Part shown: piece after piece, positions 19,100 to 27,703 of the stretch | Layout of the letters: the number at the start of each line of letters is the position of its first letter | Numbering within the stretch: position 1 is the stretch's first letter | Assembly (NCBI GenBank): GCA_038046385.1 | Contig: JBBSWH010000011.1 | Location: 56,731-120,730 of the forward strand | Length of the DNA stretch: 64,000 nucleotides | Reading direction: 5' to 3' | Source of the DNA: Nanobdellota archaeon | GTDB lineage: Archaea; Nanobdellota; Nanobdellia; Woesearchaeales; GW2011-AR4 | Made by a program: the position numbers and the translations under genes | Notes under the pieces: model-generated | Database searches by the model: none | Seen by the model: only the letters and a program-made list of their open reading frames with translations | Told to the model about the DNA's origin: nothing

Positions 19100-20868
19100 T
19101 TTCTTCTGATAAAATTGCTTAATGTAATCTGCTCATCTTTGTTTGCGCTTAAGTAAATGACCTGGCCTTCCTTGCTGCCCGACCTGTAAATAGAGATGCC
19201 TTTGCATCCAAGCTCATGCGCCATCATGAATATTTTTTCAATATCTTCAACTTTGGCATCTTTTGGCAGCGTAACTGTTTTTGAAATTCCATTGTCTACA
19301 TACGTTTGGAATGCAGCCTGCATTTTTACGTGCCATTCAGCTTCAATGTCGCTTCCAATAACAAAAATGTTTCTTATTTCTTCCGGAATCTCCTTTATAT
19401 TTTTTATAGACCCTTCCCTGTTTATTTTTTCAATTATTTCTTCTGTATAAATGCCGGAATCAGCAAGCTTTTCCTTCAGCTGCCTGTTGAAATAAATCAG
19501 GGTCTTTCCTTCTGCCGTGCTCCTGTTATAGCTTAATGCAAACAGCGGCTCGATTCCGCTTGACACATCTGCAATAATGCTTATAGTGCCGGTTGGCGCG
19601 ATTGTTGTTCTTGTTGCATTCCTTAATACAGCGTGATTTCCCTTAAAATGCCTGCTTTTTTTATTGTAAACGCTTTGATTCCATGCAGGAAAAGCGCCCC
19701 TTTGCCCAGCAATAGCTACAGAAGAATTATCTGCTTCATTTGAAATGAATTTCATAACCTTTTCAGCAGTTTTTAATGCTTCATCTGAATCATAAGCGAT
19801 GTTCATCTTGATAAGCATGTCTGCAAACCCCATCACTCCGAGGCCAATTTTTCTGTTTTGCTCTACGAATTTTCTGTTTGCCTCAAGAGGATAATTGCAC
19901 ATGTCAATAACATTATCAAGGAAATGCACAGCAGAACGGACAACTCCCTTTAGCCTTTCAAAGTCTACAGTCCCATCTTTGACAAAGTTGCTTAAATTAA
20001 TGCTTCCCAGGTTGCAGGATTCATAAGGCAATAATGGCTGTTCTCCGCATGAGTCTGTTGATTCAATTGTTCCAAGTGCTGGCGTTGGATTGCTTTTGTT
20101 GATTGTATCAATAAAAATAACTCCGGGGTCTCCGTTAAGCCATGCATGTTCGCATAATATCCTGAAAATCCTGCTAGCGCTTTCTTTTTTTACAAACTTT
20201 TTGGTTCTGTAATTTATTAGATTGTAATCTTTGTCTTTGGCGACTGCATTAAGGAATTTGTCAGTGACTGCCAATGAAATGTTGAAATTTGTAAGTGTGT
20301 TCTCGCGGCTTTTTATTGTTATGAATTCCTCAACATCAGGATGATCCACATTCAGGATGCCCATGTTTGCTCCCCTTAAAGTGCCTCCCAATTTAATCTG
20401 GCCGGTTGCTGCGTCAAATACTTTCATGAATGATACTGGACCGGATGTGAATCCTGCGCTTTCAATTATGTCGCCTTTTGGCCTTAAGTTAGAGAAGTTA
20501 AATCCGGTTCCTGCGCCTGTTTTGTGGATTAAAGCAGAATCATGCAGCGTCATGAATATAGAGCTTATGTCATCTTCTATCGGAAGCACAAAGCACCCGG
20601 CCAGCTGCTGCAGTTTTCTGCCTGCATTTATCAGGGTCGGGGAATTAGGAAGAAAATCAAGCGAAGCCATGAGGTTGTAGAACTCTTCTTCAGCCCTCTT
20701 TATGTTTTTTTTCTGGGATTTGTATTTTGCATCAGCCGATGCTACGTTTTTTGCAACCCTCCTGAACAGTTTTTCAGGCGTTTCAATTATCCTTCCCTTA
20801 TCATCGCGCTTCAGGTATCTCTGCTCAAGAATCATCAATGCATTCTTCGATAAATGTGAGTGCTTCAT
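19096..20868 (-). CDS. nrdJ: class II (adenosylcobalamin-dependent) ribonucleotide reductase, short form without ATP-cone or C-terminal Zn ribbon
   Basis: '[14 protein letters not shown]', 'NSPTLINAG', '[23 protein letters not shown]' and '[10 protein letters not shown]' (catalytic Cys/Asn) align with the long NrdJ at 23378-25966. Confidence 0.85.
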   Translation of the reverse strand: MKHSHLSKNALMILEQRYLKRDDKGRIIETPEKLFRRVAKNVASADAKYKSQKKNIKRAEEEFYNLMASLDFLPNSPTLINAGRKLQQLAGCFVLPIEDDISSIFMTLHDSALIHKTGAGTGFNFSNLRPKGDIIESAGFTSGPVSFMKVFDAATGQIKLGGTLRGANMGILNVDHPDVEEFITIKSRENTLTNFNISLAVTDKFLNAVAKDKDYNLINYRTKKFVKKESASRIFRILCEHAWLNGDPGVIFIDTINKSNPTPALGTIESTDSCGEQPLLPYESCNLGSINLSNFVKDGTVDFERLKGVVRSAVHFLDNVIDMCNYPLEANRKFVEQNRKIGLGVMGFADMLIKMNIAYDSDEALKTAEKVMKFISNEADNSSVAIAGQRGAFPAWNQSVYNKKSRHFKGNHAVLRNATRTTIAPTGTISIIADVSSGIEPLFALSYNRSTAEGKTLIYFNRQLKEKLADSGIYTEEIIEKINREGSIKNIKEIPEEIRNIFVIGSDIEAEWHVKMQAAFQTYVDNGISKTVTLPKDAKVEDIEKIFMMAHELGCKGISIYRSGSKEGQVIYLSANKDEQITLSNFIRRK

Positions 20869-20869
20869 T

Positions 20870-21256
20870 TTATTTTACAAATTCTACCCCTTCTTTAGTT
20901 TTAAATTTTGAATCTCCGGTTAGAAAATGCATTTCCCTCTCCAAAGAAAATGCATATCCGACACAATCAATGTAGCTTAGCTTTTCTTTTTTATTTGCGA
21001 GTTTTATTTCCATGCCTATTTTTATTGCAGTATGAGTTAAATCCACACAAAAACCCAGCCAATAGTCAAAATAACGGTTTGCCTTTTCTTTTCCATAAAC
21101 CCTGAGAAGGTGGTAGTACAATTCCATCAAATTAAATTCAGAAGTTACCAATGCAGAATTTTCATATTTTTTGTAATTTTCATTGCCGCCAATTATCTCT
21201 ATCAAGGCGTATGTATCACAAAAAAAGATTTCAGTGCTCATCATATCCCTTATCAA
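20870..21256 (-). CDS. vapC: PIN-domain protein (VapC-like toxin), second copy
   Basis: 'IFFCDTYALIEI' PIN N-terminal Asp; 128 aa; overlaps the AbrB gene. Confidence 0.6.
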   Translation of the reverse strand: MIRDMMSTEIFFCDTYALIEIIGGNENYKKYENSALVTSEFNLMELYYHLLRVYGKEKANRYFDYWLGFCVDLTHTAIKIGMEIKLANKKEKLSYIDCVGYAFSLEREMHFLTGDSKFKTKEGVEFVK

Positions 21257-21467
21257 TGTCTTCCATCGCCTTTTGGGTAGACATTTTAAGCTTCAATGTT
21301 CCAAAGATGCTGTCAAAACTTTTTTTTGAGTCTTTAAAAACCAAAACCTTTATTTTTTCATTTGGTTTTATTTTTTCATCCTTAATTATATCTGCCGGTA
21401 TGGTTATACCTAATGAATTTCCCCATCTTTTTGGTATTGCTTCAAATTGCTCCATTTTAATCACCAC
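21231..21467 (-). CDS. vapB: AbrB/SpoVT antitoxin (VapB), second copy
   Basis: 'AIPKRWGNSLGITIPADIIKDEKIKPNEKIKVLV'. Confidence 0.7.
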   Translation of the reverse strand: MVIKMEQFEAIPKRWGNSLGITIPADIIKDEKIKPNEKIKVLVFKDSKKSFDSIFGTLKLKMSTQKAMEDIDKGYDEH

Positions 21468-21499
21468 TTTTATGTATAATTTAATTATATATAAACTTA

Positions 21500-21614
21500 T
21501 TGTAAATTCGTGGGTTTAATGCCTATACTTCAGCACGAATTTACAATCCCGCAGACTCGCCTATTAATTACGATGCGCAATAATGCGCCGAGTGGCGAGT
21601 CTGCGTTATTTATT
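21500..21614 (+). repeat. structured repeat element, copy 2
   Basis: 'ttgtaaattcgtg...cacgaatttacaatc' + stem 'cgcagactcgcc'/'ggcgagtctgcg' + 'ttattt'. Confidence 0.65.
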
Positions 21615-21655
21615 TTTGCAATAAATTTATATAATTTAGAATAAGAGACAATATT

Positions 21656-21934
21656 ATGGAGCATCTATCCATTAAAGACATTCATGACAGGCTGGAGCAG
21701 CTTAATGAATGGGAACTTACAGGAGATGAGCTTGTAAAGGAATTTTCGTTTGACAGCTTCAAGGAAGCAATGAATTTTGCGCATCAGGTCGGAGAAGAAG
21801 CTGAAAGGCAGAAGCATTATCCTGTAATCATCATAAGGGGAACCCTTGTTACAATAACATTGTCAACTCCCGCAGCAAACGGAGTCACGCACGATGATTT
21901 TAAGCTCGCAAGGGCAATAGAGCAGATGGTTTAA
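21656..21934 (+). CDS. pterin-4a-carbinolamine dehydratase (PCD/DCoH family)
   Basis: 'EAERQKHYPVIII...THDD' matches the PCD [E]x3-H-[HY]-P...H-D signature; 92 aa. Confidence 0.75.
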   Translation: MEHLSIKDIHDRLEQLNEWELTGDELVKEFSFDSFKEAMNFAHQVGEEAERQKHYPVIIIRGTLVTITLSTPAANGVTHDDFKLARAIEQMV

Positions 21935-21998
21935 TTATTTTCAAGTTCCTTATTTCATTGAAGCAGATTAAGGGCGAGTTTGTGAACTTGTAGTCAAA

Positions 21999-22199
21999 TT
22001 ATTTTCTTTTTTTGTATTTTTTTCTATAATATTCTGTTTTTAGTATGTGTAAATACTCCATAATCCATCTTACTGGCCAATATTCTTTATGACCTGGTTT
22101 TGGCCAATTACCCATTCCATCAAAAGCAGGATGAGAATCTAAATAATTTTCAATTTTGTCCGTTTTCTTTTTCAGTTCTTTAATGGATAGTTTACTCAT
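21999..22199 (-). CDS. small hypothetical protein (66 aa, Lys/Tyr/Trp-rich)
   Basis: ORF only. Confidence 0.35.
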   Translation of the reverse strand: MSKLSIKELKKKTDKIENYLDSHPAFDGMGNWPKPGHKEYWPVRWIMEYLHILKTEYYRKKYKKRK

Positions 22200-22210
22200 A
22201 GAACAAAAAA

Positions 22211-22516
22211 TTAATTTAATGCGTCTTCAATTTCTTTTTGCCTAGTAGGGAACTTTTCGATTAAAAAACGAACTAATTCTTCTGGATATCCCACCAAACG
22301 TTTAAATTCAATAGTATTTATTTTTAATTCCCTAGTGCAAGCGGCTCGTATAGTACTCTCCTTCCTACCATTTTCTTGAGCAATTTTGTATAACGCTACA
22401 TCGAAAGAATTATTATCCTTAATCATTAGTTTTGATACACCTATAACATGCTTAAATTGTTCATTTGGATTATTTCTCTCTTCAATTTTTTTGAGCAATT
22501 TATCCCAATCTTTCAT
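22211..22516 (-). CDS. hypothetical protein (101 aa)
   Basis: ORF only; host-like composition. Confidence 0.45.
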   Translation of the reverse strand: MKDWDKLLKKIEERNNPNEQFKHVIGVSKLMIKDNNSFDVALYKIAQENGRKESTIRAACTRELKINTIEFKRLVGYPEELVRFLIEKFPTRQKEIEDALN

Positions 22517-22525
22517 AGTCTTAAT

Positions 22526-23134
22526 CTAGTATTCAATTCCTTTTCTCGCGATAATCCCCTTCTGCCAGGGGTGCTTTACGCTTTGGACAACATTGACATA
22601 ATCTGCCAATTCTATTATCTCCTGCGGAGCGTCTCTTCCTGTAAGCACAAGTTCAACTTTGCCGTGGTTTTTCAGAATATCAAGAACCTCATTTATCGGA
22701 ATAAGGTTTTTTTCCAGAACGCAGTTTATCTCATCCATTATGACCATGTCATATTCTCCGCTTTTAATTGTTTTTTTCACATGCTCCCAGCCCTGCATCG
22801 CTGCATCTTTTTCCTTTATGTCCGGCTGAAATGTAAAAGTTCCTGTTTTGTCGGAGAATTCCTTAAAGTGTTTTTGCTTGTCTTTCAAGGCATCAACGCC
22901 AAACTGCTCTATTTCAAATCCCAATTTCTTTGCGCTGTAAATTTCTCCGGTAAATCCGCTCTTAAGAAATTGTATCATGCAAACCTGAAGATTATTTCCA
23001 ACAGCCCTTAATGCCAGTCCCAATGAAGAAGTTGTCTTTCCCTTTCCGTCTCCTGTTATGACATGAACAAGGCCAAGGTGATCCTTGCTGTTGTCCCCCT
23101 TTACTTTGATTGGATTCTTTATTTTCGTGAGCAT
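22526..23134 (-). CDS. cobA: ATP:cob(I)alamin adenosyltransferase (CobA/CobO/BtuR family)
   Basis: 'LVHVITGDGKGKTTSSLGLALRAVG' P-loop typical of CobA/BtuR. Confidence 0.88.
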   Translation of the reverse strand: MLTKIKNPIKVKGDNSKDHLGLVHVITGDGKGKTTSSLGLALRAVGNNLQVCMIQFLKSGFTGEIYSAKKLGFEIEQFGVDALKDKQKHFKEFSDKTGTFTFQPDIKEKDAAMQGWEHVKKTIKSGEYDMVIMDEINCVLEKNLIPINEVLDILKNHGKVELVLTGRDAPQEIIELADYVNVVQSVKHPWQKGIIARKGIEY

Positions 23135-23377
23135 TTTAGTATAGGTAACATTTTTGGCTTTAAATATTTATCATTAGTGGATTACTTATCAGTATTGATT
23201 AAAATTATATGTAAATTTTTTAATGTTATTAGTTAATGAGTTTTATTATTGAAATTTAATCCCGTTCGGCTTCGCCTCACAAAATATAGTGCTCGGGTTT
23301 CGCTCGGTTGCCAGTCGCTCAACCCTCGCCAATCTATTGTTATAAAATAAAAATTAATTAAAAAGAAAAAAACAAAA

Positions 23378-25966
23378 CTACATGCAAAGGCCCCATCCGC
23401 ATCCGGGACAGTGCAGGCATCCTTCTTTTATCTCAACTTTTGCGCCGCATTCAGGGCAGTTTTTGATTGTAGTCTTTGTCATTGGAGCAGATACTTTGTC
23501 TGCAAACACAAGGTTTCCGGATTCCTTAACAGCAGCCTGCTGTACTGGAATTGCTTGTGGAGCTGGCTTTGCTTCTTTCTCCTCCCTTGCTTTTGGCGCA
23601 ACCAATACCTGATCCTTGATGCTGGAATCCCTGAACACTGTGACATCTTTGCATCCAATCTTGTAAGCCAGTATGAAACTTTGCCTCATATCTTCAAGAG
23701 TTGCATCTGCAGGGAAATTATTTGTCTTTGAGATGCTTGAGTCTACCCATCTTTGGAAAGATGCCAATGCCATTATATGCTCTTCAGGAGTTATGTCCAT
23801 TGCAGTCACAAGCGCTTTTTTTATGTGCTCTGGCACATAATCGAGGCTTTGTATGCTTCCCTTGTTTTGGTTAATATCTTCCATTACTTTATCGTTCAGC
23901 AAGCCTTCTTCTCTTAAGACCTTTTCTCCTGCAGGGTCAATGTAGAAGAATTTTCCAACAGCAACGTTTTTTTCATAAACAAGGCTGTAGACCGGTTCCA
24001 TTCCAGATGAACAGCCAGCTATCATTGAGATGCTTCCGGTTGGCGCAATTATTGTAGTGTATCCATTTCTTATGCCATACTTCTTCATGTCGTTGCTTAT
24101 CTTTTCCCAGTTTAATTTTGCATTCCCTCTGTATGGGCCGCTTATTGGATGCCTGCCCTGCTTGTAGAAGCTCTTGTCATAGTAAGGCAAGTTCCCTCTT
24201 GCTTTCGCAAGCTCTATGCTTTCAACCTTGCTCCAGTAAGCAACAAACTCCATAAGCTGTTCCATAAAATTCCTTCCTTCCTCTGAATTGAACGGAAGCT
24301 TTAGTTCATAAAGCAGATTTGCAACTCCCATAACTCCAAGGCCAACTTTCCTTGTCGAAAGGCTCATCTCTTCTATAGCTTTCAATGGGAAATTGTTAAC
24401 ATCAATCACATTATCAAGGAACCTTGTTGAGCTCATTACAACTTCTTTCAATGCATCCCAGTCAACTGTCGTTTGGCCATGCTCATCCATTCTTGCAAAT
24501 GCCCATACATTGATTGATCCAAGGTTGCATGGCTCATTCGGATACAAAAGAACTTCTCCGCAAGGGTTTGTTGTTACGATTGGCCCAAGATGCTCAAAGA
24601 ACGGGTTGTATTCGTTTACTTTATCGTAGAAAATAACTCCCGGTTCAGCAGATTCCCATGCCTGATAAACAATTTTGTCAAACAATACTCTTGGGTTAAC
24701 TGTCTTTACAATCTTGCCGTCTTTCGGATTAACCAATGGGTACGGCTCGTTCTTTTCATAGTGTTCCCAGAAATCTGGCATTATCAAGACGCTTATGTTA
24801 AAGTTCCTCAATGCTTTGTTTCCGTCTTTTGCTGTTATGAACTTCTCAATGTCAGGATGATTTGAGTTAAGGATGCCCATATTGGCGCCTCTTCTTATAC
24901 CCCCTTGTTTGATGACTTCTGTCATTGTATCAAACAGCCTCATGAAGCTTAATGGGCCTGATGCTGTTCCGCCTGTTGAAGAAACAAAATCTCCCTCTGG
25001 CCTTAATTTTGAAAAATTGTAGCCCATTCCTCCGCCAGCTTTGAATACTATTGCTGTATTCTTTAGAGTCTCCATTATGCCATCTATACTATCTGGCACA
25101 TCAAGAACAAAGCATGCGCTTCCCATTCCCAATGGATTTCCAAAATTTGCAATTGCAGGAGTATTCGGCATGAATAGCTTCTGTGTCATAAGATTGTACA
25201 GTTCATCCAGATTTTTTTCATAATTGTCAAAGTCGCCTTTCTTAATCATGTCAAAAAATTTGCTCCACGTTACTTTCATCTGCTTGTTTCTGTTAAAGCG
25301 GTCATACATCCTCTTCACAGCTTCAAGATGGTATCTGTTCAGCTTGTACTTTCCAACACCATACTGGTTTTCATGCACAGCTGGCCTAAACTCTTCAACA
25401 ATGTTGGTCTGCTGCTGGCCGCTTATGTCAAAAACTTTTGAATCATAGAATAAATCAGGAAGTGCAGCATGCACAGCTACCCTTGTGAAAAGCTGTTTTG
25501 GAGTTTCAATCAGCTTGCCTGTTGCATCCCTTCTCAAGTATCTTGCTTTTAGGACTCTTAGAGCATTAACATCAAACTTCTTGTCAACTTCATCCACTTC
25601 TTCCTTTTCAAGCACAATCTGCTTTTCTTTCCTAACAGCAGCTCTCTGTTCCCTATAAAGTATGAATGCTTTTGCTGTTGTTGCATGCCCTTCTTCCATA
25701 AGCACTTTTTCAACAGTGTCCTGGATTTCTTCAACAGAAGGGGTTGTTTTTAATGCTTCCAGCCTTTGCATGACTATATTACTAAGCTGCTGCGCTAATT
25801 TTCGGTCTTTTCCGCCAACTGACTGGGCCGCTTTCCATATTACATTTGTAATTTTTGACTGATTGAATGAAACTACGCTACCGTCCCTTTTCTTTATCCT
25901 AGAAATTTTTGATTCCATATTTATCTGACCCTCCTTCGGCAAAATCTTATTTTCGCTTATTTTCAC
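23378..25966 (-). CDS. nrdJ: class II (adenosylcobalamin-dependent) ribonucleotide reductase, long form with N-terminal ATP-cone and C-terminal Cys4 Zn ribbon
   Basis: ATP-cone 'ISRIKKRDGSVVSFNQSKI'; 'NPCGEV', 'EPCNLGSINV'; C-terminal 'CPECGAKVEIKEGCLHCPGCG'. Confidence 0.9.
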   Translation of the reverse strand: MKISENKILPKEGQINMESKISRIKKRDGSVVSFNQSKITNVIWKAAQSVGGKDRKLAQQLSNIVMQRLEALKTTPSVEEIQDTVEKVLMEEGHATTAKAFILYREQRAAVRKEKQIVLEKEEVDEVDKKFDVNALRVLKARYLRRDATGKLIETPKQLFTRVAVHAALPDLFYDSKVFDISGQQQTNIVEEFRPAVHENQYGVGKYKLNRYHLEAVKRMYDRFNRNKQMKVTWSKFFDMIKKGDFDNYEKNLDELYNLMTQKLFMPNTPAIANFGNPLGMGSACFVLDVPDSIDGIMETLKNTAIVFKAGGGMGYNFSKLRPEGDFVSSTGGTASGPLSFMRLFDTMTEVIKQGGIRRGANMGILNSNHPDIEKFITAKDGNKALRNFNISVLIMPDFWEHYEKNEPYPLVNPKDGKIVKTVNPRVLFDKIVYQAWESAEPGVIFYDKVNEYNPFFEHLGPIVTTNPCGEVLLYPNEPCNLGSINVWAFARMDEHGQTTVDWDALKEVVMSSTRFLDNVIDVNNFPLKAIEEMSLSTRKVGLGVMGVANLLYELKLPFNSEEGRNFMEQLMEFVAYWSKVESIELAKARGNLPYYDKSFYKQGRHPISGPYRGNAKLNWEKISNDMKKYGIRNGYTTIIAPTGSISMIAGCSSGMEPVYSLVYEKNVAVGKFFYIDPAGEKVLREEGLLNDKVMEDINQNKGSIQSLDYVPEHIKKALVTAMDITPEEHIMALASFQRWVDSSISKTNNFPADATLEDMRQSFILAYKIGCKDVTVFRDSSIKDQVLVAPKAREEKEAKPAPQAIPVQQAAVKESGNLVFADKVSAPMTKTTIKNCPECGAKVEIKEGCLHCPGCGWGLCM

Positions 25967-25984
25967 TACTTTATCGAAACCACA

Positions 25985-26025
25985 ATAGGTAGTATGTATG
26001 ATGACGTCTGCATACTACAGGTAGT
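25985..26025. promoter_or_regulatory. palindromic operator-like site upstream of the long nrdJ
   Basis: 'gtagtatg-tatgatgacgtctg-catactac' with flanking 'aggtagt' repeats. Confidence 0.35.
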
Positions 26026-26101
26026 GGTTTTTTAACGCTGACCTAATATTTAAAGATTGTGTTTTTATTGTAACAATTGACTTAAAAATTTTATATAAAT
26101 T

Positions 26102-26253
26102 ATAAATAACGCAGACTTGTTACTCTATATACATTTACAACAAGTCTGCGGGATTGTAAATTTATCGTGGAACAAAGTTCCGCGGATATCCGCTGAGCTT
26201 TGCTCAGCGAATACATGCAAAATCATTGGGTTTTTATACCCATGAATTTACAA
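26102..26253 (-). repeat. structured repeat element, copy 3 (inverted orientation, with a ~50-nt three-hairpin insertion)
   Basis: stem 'cgcagacttgt'/'acaagtctgcg'; 'gggattgtaaattt' and 'gaatttacaa' termini. Confidence 0.6.
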
Positions 26254-26350
26254 TAAACTTCATAATACTTTTAAATCAAGAATTTGTAGTTGCTTTCCCT
26301 TTAAAAATCTTAGGCAAGCATGTCCAGTGGTTTTTATATGTAGCCTCAAA

Positions 26351-26484
26351 GTTAGCATCAATATGCGAAGGCATTTTATTTATCCAGCTAATATGGCAGG
26401 GGGAAGCCCCTTACGGGGATGCCATATAATCTAAACCCTGTAGACAGCCTGAGCCGATGCTAACTTTGGCAAATCCATGCCAAA
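26351..26484. ncRNA. candidate structured RNA: nested long-range stems enclosing GC-rich apical hairpins
   Basis: outer stem 'gttagcatc' (26352-26360) / 'gatgctaac' (26455-26463); inner 'atatggca'/'tgccatat'; apical 'gggggaagcccc' and 'ccccttacgggg'; then the hairpin 'ttggcaAATCCAtgccaa'. Confidence 0.35.
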
Positions 26485-26532
26485 CGTTTATAAACCGATA
26501 AAAATACCAAAATACGTTACAAAATTCTTATT

Positions 26533-27084
26533 TTGTGCTTGACAATGAGAACAATAAACGCAAAAGGACATGAATTTATATCGCATCCGGTTAGGGACTC
26601 CTATGACAGAAGAGCGCAGCAGTTCAAAAACAAGATAATTTTGGCATTGGGAAAAATTGGATTGACAGAAGATGATGTTGAAATAGATCTTGAGCCTTCG
26701 GCTGTTAAATCAGCGCCTGCATCTGCAGCGTGGTACATGGAAGGGCATTATATGCATTACAGCCACAATTCACCAAGAAAATACGTTGAAAACCTTTCTG
26801 TTGTGCTAAAAGTGATTGAGCTTGAAGTTGATGCACTTATTCATGGGCGCAAGACAATACGGGATTTCATCACAGAATTCTCTGAAGACAAAGAAGTCGA
26901 AAAGCTAAGGAAAGAAGCGCGCGAGGTGCTTGGGATTGGCGAAGATGTGCATGACCTTAACTTAATTGATGCAAACTACAAAGCGCTTGCCAAGAAACAC
27001 CATCCTGACATGCCTGATGGAGATATTGTAAAGTTCAAAGAAATCAACCACGCGCATAAGATACTAAAGAGAGAGTTGCAGTAA
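26533..27084 (+). CDS. J-domain (DnaJ-like) protein, 183 aa; alternative start at 26545
   Basis: C-terminal J-domain 'YKALAKKHHPDMPDGDIVKFKEINHAHKIL' with an HPD motif. Confidence 0.7.
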   Translation: MCLTMRTINAKGHEFISHPVRDSYDRRAQQFKNKIILALGKIGLTEDDVEIDLEPSAVKSAPASAAWYMEGHYMHYSHNSPRKYVENLSVVLKVIELEVDALIHGRKTIRDFITEFSEDKEVEKLRKEAREVLGIGEDVHDLNLIDANYKALAKKHHPDMPDGDIVKFKEINHAHKILKRELQ

Positions 27085-27229
27085 CTGTATTTTTCTGGAT
27101 TGAGTTTAACATAGTGGGTGATTGTTCGTTTTTGTAAAGGCTGGCTTTTGTATTGTAGTATCTTTAGAGTAGTAAACAACCAAAACGTTTAAATACTTGC
27201 CATTTACTCTATATTTTAGGTGAATTGAT

Positions 27230-27586
27230 ATGGACGAAAATTTATCTGTTGAACAAAGGATAGCAAGATTCTTAGAAGCAAACGATATTACTATTATTCC
27301 CGTAAATGGGGGCGATGGAATAGAAATATTAGAGTTTGTACAACATATGACTGGCGGGACGACAAGAGAATTAGGTGGAATATTCTATAATCGTGACGTA
27401 GGAATGACACAAGCAGCCGATGTTCCTCGTCTAGGGCAGTGCCTTCAACTCCCAGAATTTGTTGCTGAAGTTAGAAGGCCAATGTCACAACTTTTAGCAC
27501 AAGTCAAGGGTGACTTTTATGCTGATCAATTAGGACCAATACATGATGCTTGTGACAAAGTAGAAGCAAAGTATGCAGGAAGATAA
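27230..27586 (+). CDS. hypothetical protein (118 aa), atypical codon usage and SD motif
   Basis: 'aggtga' 7 nt upstream of the ATG; CGT/CGA Arg codons, whereas backbone genes use AGA and lack SD. Confidence 0.5.
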   Translation: MDENLSVEQRIARFLEANDITIIPVNGGDGIEILEFVQHMTGGTTRELGGIFYNRDVGMTQAADVPRLGQCLQLPEFVAEVRRPMSQLLAQVKGDFYADQLGPIHDACDKVEAKYAGR

Positions 27587-27703
27587 GGCACCTGTTTTTT
27601 CTTATTATTTTCAAATTTATATGAAATTCTGCTTTATTTTAATTCAGCTGCCAATTACAATTAACATTTTTTTGATGCAGTTAAATCAGCCTAACTATTA
27701 GAA

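Noticed and set aside
23135-23377. Possible cobalamin riboswitch upstream of cobA
   Set aside because: No B12-box-like consensus was found, riboswitches of this class are essentially bacterial, and the cobA promoter (TATA-like 'aaatatttaaag') lies closer to the gene than the GC island.
19096-25966. Inteins in the two NrdJ genes
   Set aside because: At 590 and 862 aa the protein lengths are consistent with intein-free class II RNRs, and no Hint-block motifs were noticed.
26226-26429. 67-aa ORF overlapping the GC-rich nested-stem structure
   Set aside because: It has no start context or motif and overlaps a region better explained as structured RNA or DNA.
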